64,000 bases of DNA, from the NCBI GenBank assembly GCA_012295275.1, contig CM022679.1:3720001-3784000 (forward strand), written 5' to 3'. The notes under the pieces were generated by a model that made no database searches, was not told the DNA's origin, and worked only from the letters and a program-made list of their open reading frames with translations. The number at the start of each line of letters is the position of its first letter. Positions within the stretch are counted from its first letter, which is position 1. The position numbers and the translations under genes are program-made. Below are positions 30,526 through 43,674 of the stretch, piece by piece. Origin of the DNA: Chrysomallon squamiferum (lineage: Eukaryota > Animalia > Mollusca).

Positions 30526-30678
30526 CAGGGGCACAGCGTGGGCGGTTTTCTCTGGCGCAGAATTCTCGGGTTTACTATAGACTAGTGGAAGAGACATGGG
30601 GAGTTTAATTTCTACGGGTTAAGGGAAACGATACACTTCCCTTGCCCCAGGCGCTGGCAACCAACGTTACGCCTATAG
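30526..30678. mobile_element. Possible short hAT-type MITE remnant
   Basis: GC-rich ~150 bp island starting caggggcacagcgt and ending acgttacgcctatag, an imperfect match to the CAGGGGCGTAGC...GCTACGCCCCTG type of TIR. Confidence 0.3.
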
Positions 30679-32636
30679 TAAAATCAAAATCTTTTTATAC
30701 AAAGATTTTTCTTTGCGTTAAGCTCTGGCTTATTTCCAAATAGTGAAGTGAAAACAGCAATAAAGAGACGAGAAATTTATATTATTGTTATTATTTTTGT
30801 TGTTGTTGTTGTTGCTGTTGTTCTGGTTGTTGTTGTTGATATTATTATTACTATTATTAATATTACTGTTATTAACCATATTCTCCTCAATATTTTTTTT
30901 TTTTTCTGTTTTTTTATAATCGAGAACTATCCAAAACATTTCTAGGTATTTAAATTTATAGATACACTGCATTTTATCAACTTTATTTAATAAATTAACA
31001 TTTAAACTTTTTCACACGTTCGTTTAAAAGCTTCTTGACGTTCTGTCCGCTTATCGCGAATCTACATAGGATTCCCTCGAGAAAAACCACAATGAAGTGA
31101 AATAATGGAACAAGTAGCTGACTAGAATTCAGAAGTAACGGTTTTATCTGTTCTTTAGTTACATCACCGCGCAACGAGTAGGAGAACGTGCATTCTCTCT
31201 GCTTGCCAAAATGACTGTTCTGATTAGCGGCGCCTAACGAGTGGAAGAAGTCTGCGCTGAGGGTTTGCTTATCGGAAAGGTTACAATTATAGAAAAGCTT
31301 GTTTTCAGTTTAACGACATTTCCTAGAAGATCACCGTCAGGCGGAGAGACAACGATGTTAACGTCTGATACGAGGAATGCGATCAGAAAAATCAGTCTCG
31401 CGGTTTAACCAGATCTCGCGAGAAGTCAAAGGGTCGGCATTGCGTGGATCTCTGACCAGTCTATTTAAGTTACGTTTCAACGCCGTCATTATCACTTCTG
31501 TCAGAACTGCAGTCCGCTCAATTCGCAGATAATGATAACACTTCACAGATAATCGACAATTGTGATGAATTTTCTTTATTTGTGCTTGAATTCGAAACAC
31601 GGAATAAGTCACAATTACCATGTAATTCAGTGGCGATCTTCAGTGTAGAATCGTTTTGCATTTTCGCTTGTTGGTTGAAACCGTCTTTACGGATGGGAAA
31701 TCTTTTTTTTTTTTTTTTTTGAGTTATTTATTATTTTTCTTAATTATTATTTGATTCTTTGTTTTCATTTTTTTTGTTCTATTATTATTATTATTATTAA
31801 TTTTTATTTTACCTTATGTTTTTTAAAATATAGTAGATTAAAAATACAATGTCGTTTGCCCACCTGCGGATCAGAAGACACAGAACATTGATTTTGTTTT
31901 AACCACATTTCATAATTATTTGATAATGTTAAATGGTGTTCAATATGTATTTTAGTTTTTTAATGTATTGTCACTCAAATTCTCCGCTTTGATTATCTAC
32001 TTTAAAAAAAAAAAAAAAAAAAATCGACCTTTCATATAATAATACTCTACGATTTGCAATACATGAAATTTCTAATACTTACGCTAGTTATTGCACTTGT
32101 TTTACGAGAGCTGTAGGATGTGTAAATCCCAAGCAGCGATGCATAACTTTATTGCAAATATAGATTTATAATTATTGATAAATAATAAACTGTTATTTTG
32201 TTGTTGTTGTTGTTATTGTTATGGCTATAAATTAAGAAGCAATGCTCTAGCGTTTTATTCCATCTTATAAATCTGAGTAGACGTTGTATGGCTCTTTTAG
32301 GATTCATACACAAACGTAATAAATTGATTTAGCGTTTCTGCATACACGCAGAACGTACCTGTTAGAGTATTGTTCCCACAGAGCAGTGCTGTTCCAGTGC
32401 AAGCACTAAGGACATCATTGAATTTATTGAATTAACTCCGATGTCGAAAACTGCAAAATATGTTTACCTAGAAATCTGAAACGTTGGCCTACACAATCTT
32501 CTCTGTAATATTTTTTTTCTCCATGTTTTTATAATCATTTATAATAAGAATTTGCGATCGTGTATTACTTTTGATCCGATTCTAATGGAAGATCAAGATA
32601 TAGATCTTTCTAGATGAAAGAGTTATTTGTAGATGA

Positions 32637-32694
<58 letters not shown>

Positions 32695-33526
32695 TTAATA
32701 AACTCAAGATTGTCACATCAGTAAAAGTCACAGGCTTGCCTACCAGTTATCAACCATCTCTCCGCAAGTACAGTTTGAAAGACAATGGTTGTCCTGGCGG
32801 AGACAAAGTTCATCATAAAATCTGAATGTTAACTGATAAGTATATCACATAGAGATGAAGTATTTCCTATCAGACAGTGATTAATCACTGGGATTTCTGG
32901 TTCTGCGGTTCCTGTCAAACAGTAGATGATGACTGCTTATATTTAATACTTGCTGTTTTAATTTTCTAATGTAATAACGTCTTTTTAAAGCAAACCTAAT
33001 GTTTAAAACCGGTGGGTTCTTTAGCTTACTCAAACTAGCATAATCTCCCACATACTGATTACAGTGCAATCTCTTTTTATGCCCCGTTAATCTCTAGTAG
33101 CAATCCAAACCTTTTTTCAATGTTTGATTAGCACGAGAATAAACAAATAGTAAGGAATATACTTAATTAACTATTGTATTTAACGCACACTTTAATGTTC
33201 GTGCGAGTAAAGATAACAGACTATTGTGATTGTAGCTTGGAATGGTATTTGTGCCCGGAATCATTACGGCAGAGTTCCTGCCAGGAATTACGTTATATTG
33301 ATTCTAACGATTGCAGTCTTGTGCCAGAACCATTGCTTAACTCGTTTTCCGAGTGCAGTAAGTTATAAAATCCTTCGGAAACGATAGATAATTGGATATT
33401 AAATAAAACGGACGTGTTATTGTTTGATAAATGAACTATAAATATTTAGTGCTTTATATCAATGAATTAAATGTAATGTATCTATACATTGTAAGATGTT
33501 CAAAATTACTTATCAATTTCTGGGTT

Positions 33527-33563
<37 letters not shown>

Positions 33564-35475
33564 TAATAATAATAATCTAACCTGTGCATATATATGTTTT
33601 GTTAGTCTTTTTTTTTTTTAATTTATTTATTTATTTGTTACATTCATTTTTTTTTAAGTTTCTTCATATGAAATGACTTAATCGCTTTTGACTCTGGATA
33701 TATAATAAATATGAGAAAGAAACAGTAACTGAATAAAATCGAATCACTTGCGTGATGTGTATATACAAGACTGTAACATGTTCCTATTAGGAAAAATCTC
33801 GAATTCTAAATTACTCATTGTAAGCGTAGATTAGTTTAGCCTACGTTACCCATCATATTTCATATCAAATACCTGACTGTGTACATATTCATTTTTCCGT
33901 AGCCCCATCTACGGTCTAATTGTCTGAGGAATTCTTCATAGGCTAGAATATCTATCAGTTAGCACATAAGTATTTACAGTTGTATTTATTTTACATTAGA
34001 AATTAATATTAATACCAACGTTAATTCATTCATTGGCCTATTTTTTTTTTTTTTTTTTTCTTATTCAGTAAAGCTGTTTTTAATGGTAACGACATTGCTA
34101 GATTTAAATACAGAAGAGAACCGCTGACAAGATGTATTCACAATATCTACTGGTGACTGACCAGTTTGGTCGAACAAGGGTCAGTGATGTCGATTATGGA
34201 CCACTCAATGAAGCATACATATCTACCGAAAGTTGGTTAAGTGGAATGGGAAATGCTTGACTTTTACTCAGGACTTTTGACCAAGTAACAGATCTCTCTC
34301 TTCTTTCTTACATTCATTTGAACATTGACCTGTATAATTGTGGTACAATCGCTTGACTGGTAATTAATTACTAATTCATCAGTTCAGCCGTTTCGATCAT
34401 AATGCTTTACTAACAGGATTCTAATCAAATAGTCTTCAGTGGCTGTGCTGTATAGCTTTTAATTTAAAGCGCTTTGGTAAGATTAACAAAATAAAAAATA
34501 AAATAATAATAATAATAATGATGATCAAATATTGTTGTCAAAACATGCCCTAATGTTCTTGATGTATTTATTTTTCAGTGAAGGTAGTTAACATGCAGAA
34601 AAATATGTTTAATTGGTGGTTTGATTGATTAGTTAATTCATATCTTAGATTATTCATTGATAGGTAGTTAGTTCATTGGAAAGTTGAAAGGTTAGCAAGG
34701 ATTTAACTAACAAGCTATTACCCTAAATATTTAATCAGTACTTATCTATATTTAAATTATCATTATGAAAACAAACTTCATTATACAGTAACTATTTATA
34801 ACTGTACTTATCTATGATCTACACAGCTGACAAAAAATCTTTGACTTTTTCCGCCATTTTTATTCATTAACATATTATTTAATTTTATTTGTTTATTTAT
34901 TTATCATCATTTTAATAATGTGAAAATAAAAATGAGACAACCAAGACAGTAATATAAAGATTATTCTCTAGTAATTTTGAAGATCAAAGAAAACACATTT
35001 TATTACTACAAAAAGCCACTTTTGAATTCCTATTAAGTTTTAATATGCAGCATTTCAAGAAAATCAAATCAGGATATACAAATATCTGGATTATTTGTGT
35101 CATAAAAAACAAAACAAAGAACCGCGCAGTCGATCAATGCTTAGAGAGATAAATGGTTTCATCATCACGGAAAGATGTTTGAGTTTAAACGTGTGTTTTT
35201 GTATCAGGTTTTATATGTGTCTGTATGCGTCTGTTATTTATGTACTCTTATAACCAGACAAACAGACATCAAAGAAATACTCTGGCGAACAGCATCAGTC
35301 ATGTTATTTTAAAAACAAGTTCATTATCTAACTTATATCATAATACCATAATAAAAATCTCTTTCACTTCCACCTAGAATCACTATCTAGTTAACATAGC
35401 AGAAAATAGATAAGCCTTAACTAATTCTTTACGAGAAGATCGTGACAGCCTGCAAACGTGTAATTAGTCTTCACG

Positions 35476-35520
<45 letters not shown>

Positions 35521-35545
35521 GATTATTATTATTTTTCTAATATTC

Positions 35546-35652
<107 letters not shown>

Positions 35653-36779
35653 ATACCTAGCTTAAATTTAGATTATTTAGAACTGTTTATAGATTTCTAA
35701 CCACACATCAAATAAACTAACAGTATTTTAGTCAGACAACTATGAACCTCGAAACTGTGTCCACGTTTTAAATGTTTGACATTGTTACTCGCTTTGTTTT
35801 ATACTTTAATTAATATTATTATTATTATTATTATTATTATTAGTAGTAGTCATCATCATTATTTATTAAAATTTATCTAAAGAATATTGTAGTTGAATAT
35901 AGAACGAACAGTTTAATAAAAGAGAAGAATTCAAATGACTTTGTGAAACTGAAAGCGAATTGAGGAATTTAATATGTGAGGTAAATGTGTGATAAAGATG
36001 AGATTATAAAAAAAATAACTAAACCTAACCACTCTTCATTAAATAAAGGTTTTATTGAAATATATTTTTAGGCTTTATAAAAGATTTTGTTCAAGTATAT
36101 ATCTACGACTATGTATTATATATAGTCATAAATATTTATGTGAGGCAGAAAGACTCACCAGAACATAAATTAAAGTATAATCTACTTTAGTCAGAGGTTT
36201 TTAATAAGAACATTAAATTTCATAGATTACTATATTTTACTATATGACTGTATTATTACAAGCACGATGTTTCTACATAATAATTTACACAAGTTCTTAA
36301 ACAATCTGGCCATTCTAGTGCTTCTCAAATACATAAAAAAAAAAAAAAAATTTAAATGAAAATTCTTTTCCTTTTTTTTTCTTCAGAATCTGCTGAGTTA
36401 CGTCCTCTTCAAATAGTGGCGCCTAGGGCAATTGCCATACCTGCAGTACCTGCCATACTCTAAATACACCAGTGATTTTAAAGTTTAATCTTTAAGAACA
36501 AATTTAAACATGGTTTACCATGTTAATAGCGGGATGACAAAAAAAGTGTATTGATGTAAGGGGAATAACTCTAAACGACGTTTTCCAATTTCGTGTTTCC
36601 GTTATGTAATAAAGAATATTTATTTTGTGAACGGGTTTCAAGTTCATATTTATCCTTTGTTAATTCAAAAAAAAAAAAAAAAAAAAAAAAAAACAGACAA
36701 AGAAAGAAAATTTCAAAATATATGCCAATACACGCCGATTATTAGAATAAAGGTAAGTACAAGATAAAATAAACTTATA

Positions 36780-37518
36780 CAGTGATACCTTGACTTAGAG
36801 TTTAATTCGTTCCGTGACCAAGCTCGTAACTCAATTTGCACGTACATTAAATCAATTTTCCCAAATGAAAATAAATGAAATATCATTAATCCCGTCCAGC
36901 TCCCCTAAAAAACCACCGGAATTTTTTGTAACGTTTTTAAATAAGAAAAAATATATATATATAAATGACAAATATGGTATAAAAACAAAATAAAAGAGAA
37001 TGTAAAGAAATTAATTGGTTTTGTAAAGTGTACAGGTTTAGGGTTTCTCCATCTTTTCATGGACAGAGGTCCTCAGCTTAGAAATTGTTTTAACACCTTT
37101 GACTGGAGTTTTAGCTTTTATCGACTCCCTCTGCTTCAGTATGGAACATATCGTAAAAGTACTACGCTCGTACTTCCTAGCCATACTGACAACATGCACA
37201 TCTCACTCTTTTTTTTCTACGATTTCATGCGTTAATTCAGTGGACATCATCTGCTTCTTCTTCTCAGGACTGTCCTTTGCACTCACTTTCTTACAATCCA
37301 TGCAAATGTAGCAAAATATTGCACAAAACGAGCACAACACAACAGAGATGCATCCACAGCTAGATAACCACGTGAAGTAAACGAATGAGACGCGGGATGC
37401 TGGGTGGATGTTGTGTTCTTCTAGGCGCCAACTAGCGGCGGCGTATCTGAAGCTCACTCGTAACTCGGATTTTGGCCAACAACTGAAAGCAAAAATTCGT
37501 AAGTCGGAAAATTCGTAA
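36780..37518 (-). mobile_element. Internally deleted Tigger/pogo (Tc1/mariner superfamily) DNA transposon remnant, unit 1
   Basis: Starts TA|CAGTGATACCTTGACTT (Tigger-type TIR after a TA target). The minus strand encodes a decayed transposase N-terminus with a stop and frameshifts: MDCKKVSAKDSPEKKKQMMSTELTHEIVEKKE*DVHVVSMARKYERST..ICSILKQRESIKAKTPV..GVKTISKLRTSVHEKMEK (CENP-B/psq-type HTH). The right TIR is eroded. Confidence 0.8.
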
Positions 37519-37875
37519 ATATTTATATATAAGAAATAAAGAAATAAAATAAATTAAAATATTTGACGTCCTAAACTTCTTAGGATCTTATATCTTATTA
37601 TTACTGTTAGACTGATTCTTAATTCCACGTAATTTCTTATTCATTTACGGTCTTTCGCTTTTAAACGTAAAGAGTTGTTTCCCGTAGACCGTAATTTGAA
37701 TAATCGTTAAAACTCTAGCTGTTAAATCCCAAATAATTTGGTCATTAGCAAGTTTTATATCGTTTTATACCTATCTGGCAGACAAGCAGTTAACTGAATG
37801 ATATTATTTATTTATTTATTTATTTATTTATTGATAATATTATTTTTCTTCTGCTCTTGCTCTAAATTGTAAACC

Positions 37876-38017
37876 TACGTCACAAATATAAACATATATA
37901 TAGCTCAGTAACTTATAACGTACAGTGACTGTCTTCCGTTATAGTCATTAAAATTAACAAAAATGCGTGTATTTTACTAGTTTTCACATCATAAGGAACC
38001 TAGCGAAAACTTTTCAG
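37876..38017 (+). promoter_or_regulatory. Putative core promoter and non-coding first exon of chi-lectin copy 1
   Basis: TACGTCA (CRE-like) at 37876, TATA-rich tract 37887-37902, and a consensus donor CAG|GTGAGT at 38017/38018. The arrangement is conserved in all three units (donors at 48153 and 59431), and coding exon 1 has an acceptor 14 nt upstream of its ATG. Confidence 0.55.
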
Positions 38018-39504
38018 GTGAGTGTGTTGTGTCGCTTAACACCAGTTTACAGTGTGCATTCCTGTTATTAAGGAATTAGTCTTTGAAGTTTGACTATTTC
38101 TATCATGTATTCGTGAAGCCGATCAATTACTATTCAAACAAAAATTTAATTAGCTATATTAATATAAAAATACAAAAAAAACCCCAAAAACCCACTGATA
38201 ATGAAACGAGTTTACATTTACTCTGTTCCATTGTTAAAAAGTTAAATAAAATAATCAATAGAATAAATAAATTAAGTAATATTAATAATAATTCTCCATC
38301 ATTTATGTGAATGTATTCTTATAACAAACTGATGTAATGAATGACGTAATAGCGTCGATCGTTAGACTGAAATAGATTAACAGTCGCACTGGCGTAATTA
38401 GAGAACAGGAGGGGGGGACGGTTCATTATTACTGACTGTTCTCTTGGGACAGAACTTTCTCTATGTGTGGATATGTGAGTTTGTGGGTGTCTGTGTGTGT
38501 TAATTATTTATTATTTTTTATTTTTATTTTTATTTTTTAATTTTAATTTTTTTTTTATTATTATTAATTGTTTTTAATTTTTTTTGTTTTTTTTTATTAT
38601 TATTATTTTTTTTTTTTTTTTTTTTTTAAAATTTATCATGGTATCTCAGATCTGGATTCATATTTCGAAGCAATATGGACTAGTGACTTATGTGACCAAT
38701 TGTGTTCCCATTCTGTTTTAGGAAAATCTGAAGCTCAGACTTAATTTCATAGCCGATCCGCCTCTGTGTCTGTGTGTGAGTGTGTCATGTAGTTTATATA
38801 TACATGTGTATCTGTGTGTGTTGTTATGAGCTGTGAACATATATTATTATTTAATGTTTACCGACTGGAAATAATAAATACTGTCAAATTTGTGAAGAAA
38901 ACTCTAAGAAACGAAAGGAAATGATTGTTAACGTTAAACCTATGTGGTTATTGTTAATTAATGTTACACACATTGTAAATCAGCATCAAAAGACAGAAAA
39001 TAATCACCAAAACTAATTTATTCTGTTTCTGGACAACATGTTATATAAATACATTTTAAAAGAGCTGAGTATTCCAATGTTATTTAATGTAACATTATTA
39101 TTAAGTGAATGTTCGCATCCGTTTTCATTTTAAGGTAGCACTATATCAGTTTTCCATATTGGTTACTCCACATTTCAGATAAGTAGTAGCAGTAGAACAC
39201 GACATCGTTAGCTATAACTGATGTTACAAAATTAGTTACTGTACGTTCTATGTCTATATAAATGTGTTTGTAAATGTATGTGTGTGTACCGATAAATTTT
39301 ATTTATATTTGGTAACGTAATGTTTTAAAATACATCCACAAATAATGTTTGTGTCTCAGTTTCAGTTATATCTCTGTCGATGTATTGCTATTTATTATTA
39401 TTATTGTTGTTGTTGTTGTTGTTGTAGTTACTATAATTATTACTATTATTATGATTATTATTATAGTTATTGTTATTATTTTTATTATTATTATTATTAT
39501 TATG

Positions 39505-39550
<46 letters not shown>

Positions 39551-39573
39551 TTTTTGTAGACTGACGTTTCCAA

Positions 39574-39934
39574 ATGCATCCGCAAAACATATTCTTGCTG
39601 TCCTTTCTAACTGTCATACCTGTATTAGCTAGAGCCAAAGGTATGAGATCATTCATACATACATACATATATGCATACTTACATATACACACACATACCT
39701 ACATAAAAACATTTATGCCTACATACATAGATACATACATACATGTATACTTGAATTCATAAATATAGTCCATTTCAAAGAAACATACATTTGCAGACAC
39801 ATAGGCCTATATCGGGTGGACATTCATATATGTGCATATATAAATATATACATAATATACATACATACTTACATATATACACGAATGTCCACCCGATATG
39901 TATGAGTGTGTACGCATGTGCGAGTGTGTGTTTT

Positions 39935-40015
<81 letters not shown>

Positions 40016-43000
40016 GTAACTATGTATGTATGTATGTATATTTGTATGTGTAAAAATATATATGTTTATGTATGTTTCTATGTAAAGAAAGAGATATATT
40101 GAAGATCAGATGTATTTGTTATCTTAATAATCAGATTATAAAGCCTCTTGATGTTTTTCTTTTTCTCTAGATTATCGGGTTGTTTGCTATTACACAAACT
40201 GGGCGCAATACAGAGGGGGAAAAGCAAGGTTCTTGCCAGAAAACATAGATCCTTCTTTGTGTACACATATCATTTATGCGTTTGCAGACCTCGAGTACGA
40301 CAAAGAAAATGACAAAGGTTCCACAAGCCATTAATAAGACATGTATAAGATATCTGATTCTTTTACACATTTTATGTTCTAAGAATTATGTCTGTTATGC
40401 TCTGAGTAGAGGTTACAGTCTAAACTATACTATCTAGACAGGCAAACATCTTTCTTTTAGCAGTTTTGTTTAGCGAATGTTAGCTTTTGTAAGTTAATGT
40501 ACAGTTTGCTTTGTTTGTATTAGAGCTTAGAGAATTGTTATCGAGCGGAGGGCCTTTTCAACAGGATTAATATCCCTTTCATTTGAGAAATGTAAAAAAC
40601 TTAAATTTCTTTTGTCATTTTATCACTGTTATTTTCAATTTAAGACTGTAAAATTAACTGACATGAAGTTTCGCAATGGGACAAAGAAGAAAGAAAAAAA
40701 AAACAGTTCACACATAAACACACGCTGACAGATGTTTTCTTTTTCTTTTACAGTTCAGTTAAACGCGTTCGAGTGGAATGATGAATCAAAAACTGATTTC
40801 GAAGGAATGTAGGTTACAGTGAATAACTATTTCAAGCTCTGATATTTCGTTCATTGTAACAATTTCAATAAATTTCCAAAAACAAGTTTGTAAATCTAAC
40901 TGATATAGACCAATTAGTTCTATCTCTGTATATATATATAAATAATGAAAAATAATTTTTAGTAGTCCTATATTAAAACCTATTTATGCCGCATCCAAAA
41001 TGATTCCGCTGATTCTCTCGCCTATTATTGCGAATTTTGCTCAAACTTGCGATATTAATGGTTTTGTTTTTAAACTGCTGCCAGTTCTCAAGAAGAGTAG
41101 CTGCAGGGACTTTTATAAACCGTTTTCCATTGCAGCCTTCTTTTATATTTTTTTTTAATTCAATAGAACCTGCATTGTTTTTCATTGGTTCGATTTGTCA
41201 TAAATTATAGCATCAATTAAATAAAAAAAAAAAAAAAAAAAAAAAATGAAATGGATAACAATTAAAATAAACAGAAAAAAAACTTAAATAAATATTAGTA
41301 GACATCACAGAAAACTTAATTCTGTAGTTTTCTCAGAAATGATAAAATATAAAATAAAACTCATACTGAATGAATCAGGAATATTCAGAATTTGTTTTCT
41401 TTTTTGTTTCATTTAAAGGTATGAACGGTTTCAAAAGGTTTTGTCTAAGTTTTCAAATGTGAAAAAAATTCTTGCTGTTGGTGGCTGGGATAAATATACA
41501 AAACCCTTTGATACACTAATTTCAAATGATTATAATCGCCGATATTTTGCTAACGCAACAATAAGATTCTTAAGAAAACACTATTTCGATGGTCTCGATT
41601 TGCACTGGAAATATCCAGTTAGCAAGGAAAATAGAGGAAAAGGAAATATTGAATTCGTCCAGCTGATACAGGTAAACTTAAAATTGAAGTCATTACGTGT
41701 TCTGTGTTTTAAAATCTTTCTCTCCCTAAGGTATTTTAGCTACTTAGACGTTCAGCTTTTTATAGATTTGTTTGTATTTGCATTGAAAGAAAACAAAGAC
41801 GAAGAATTATGCTGACACAAACAGATAAAAAAAAATAATTAATTAGTTAATTAAAGAAAAGAAATTCGCGCAGCTTGGTCAGATATGACTACTTTACTGA
41901 AGAGGAAGAAACTTGCTTTGTAACACATGTACGAGAGAAAAAGTTATATCTTTATTATGTGTTATTTTTATATTTAAATGAGGAACAAACGTCTCTGGTT
42001 AAAAAGTACTATTAATTCAAAGATAGTGAAATGACAAAATGTTTTTTTTTAAATTTAATTTACAGCTTAATGTTCTAGTTTCTTTTTACCTTATAAAACA
42101 GTAACTGAAGCATTTTTCAATATCGGCGATTCTTGCATTTACAGTGCAGTTTGCGTTTGTAACTGGAAAATATATAAAATAACATTACATATAAATTCAA
42201 TATTAATTTTTACCAGTGTTTCCTGATGGCTGAAAATACCAATAGTCTGATTAATTTTCTTTAATTTTAAAAAATAAAAAAATTAAAATTTTCGTATGGT
42301 TTATATGTAGCTATAGAAAGTGAAAGTCGCTTTTATTCGAATATATTTACATTTTACATCACTCTATTCAGTATAATTAAGTAACAGTTCGCTTTATTTA
42401 TTTATTTAGTTCGTTAGTTACTAATTTATTTTCATCTCTTTTATTTATTTAGTTTTTAAATTCAAATCATTATGTGCATAAAGTAACCCAGTCATCAAAA
42501 GTTATTCCGTAAACAGTCCTGATATGTTTTTCTCCATTTCCCAGGAACTGAAATCAGCCTTTACAGAGGAAAACCAACGGACACACAAACCTAGACTCTT
42601 GCTGATTTTATCTGCAAATGTTCAGACTGATGTGATGACGTCATCTTACCATGCTGAAGCAATCTGCAGGTTGTATGTGCAAAACATTGGTTAAAATCAA
42701 TGCATTAGCTAATGTGGTAAAATAACATTTATAATAATAAACCAAATTCAGATCATATTATTTAACAGTCATGTCTGAAATACACGAATGTCCAGACATT
42801 TATTTTGGTTTACCTACTGACATGCAATGTGTAATTTATTTACAAATTTCGTTCTCACGTATTTCAGTTATATTATTTATTAATTTGGGTGTCACGTATT
42901 TCAGATGTATTATTTTAGTGGTTGTCACGTATTTCTGTTGTATTATTTTATTAGTTGTCACATATTTCAGTTGTATTATTTTAGTGGTTGTCACGTATTT

Positions 43001-43630
43001 CAATAATATTATTTTAATGGTTGTCACGTATTATATTACTGGTTGTCACGCATTTCAGTTGTATTATATTAATGGTTGTCACGTATTTCAGATGTATTAT
43101 TTTCGTGGTTCTCACGTATTTCAGCTATATTATTTCAATGGTTGTCACGTATTAGTGGTTGTCACGTATTTCAGTTATATTACTTTAGTGGTTGTCACGT
43201 ATGTCAGTTATATTATTTTAATGATTGGCACGTATTTCAGATATACTGATTTTATAAACGTCCTCACGTATGACTTCCATGGTCCTTGGGCTGGCGTTAC
43301 AGATCACTTTAGTCCAATCTTCAAGCCAGGTGCAAGATGTACAGTGAGTTCATATTTAATTGTTTTCCTATGAAAATGGTTCTATTAGGAGCAATATAAG
43401 TATGCATCGGCTTTTGTCTTCATTTTTTTTTTATTATATGATTTGAAATTAAATAATTTCTGCAAATGATGTTCCTTGCTCATTTTTTATTTATTTACTC
43501 ATTGTTATTTCTATTCTTATTTTTTTTTTTTTATATTATTCGATTTTGTCTGGATTTATTTAATTTTCATTAATTTTTTTCATTATTTATTTATCTTTAT
43601 TTTGTTTTACTGATTTTTTGTGGGGTTTTT

Positions 43631-43674
<44 letters not shown>

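Noticed and set aside
40078-40370. Minus-strand ORFs repeated three times (MYTKKDL..., MCKRIRY...)
   Set aside because: Antisense shadows of GH18 exon 2; their recurrence reflects the tandem duplication.
41028-41210. Signal-peptide-like [21 protein letters not shown]..., also at 50506 and 62025
   Set aside because: Intronic, starts at TTG rather than ATG, and is frameshifted in copy 3.
41585-41617. Annotation as an active chitinase (CHIT1/CHIA orthologue)
   Set aside because: The catalytic Glu and its partner Asp are replaced by Lys and His, so no gene symbol was assigned.
42851-43240. 33-bp repeat array as a CRISPR array
   Set aside because: Units are contiguous with no unique spacers, there are no cas genes, and it lies in a eukaryotic intron.
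42771-43373. 200-aa ORF as an independent membrane-protein gene
   Set aside because: It is the minisatellite plus chi-lectin exon 6, and it is not conserved as an ORF in copies 2 and 3.
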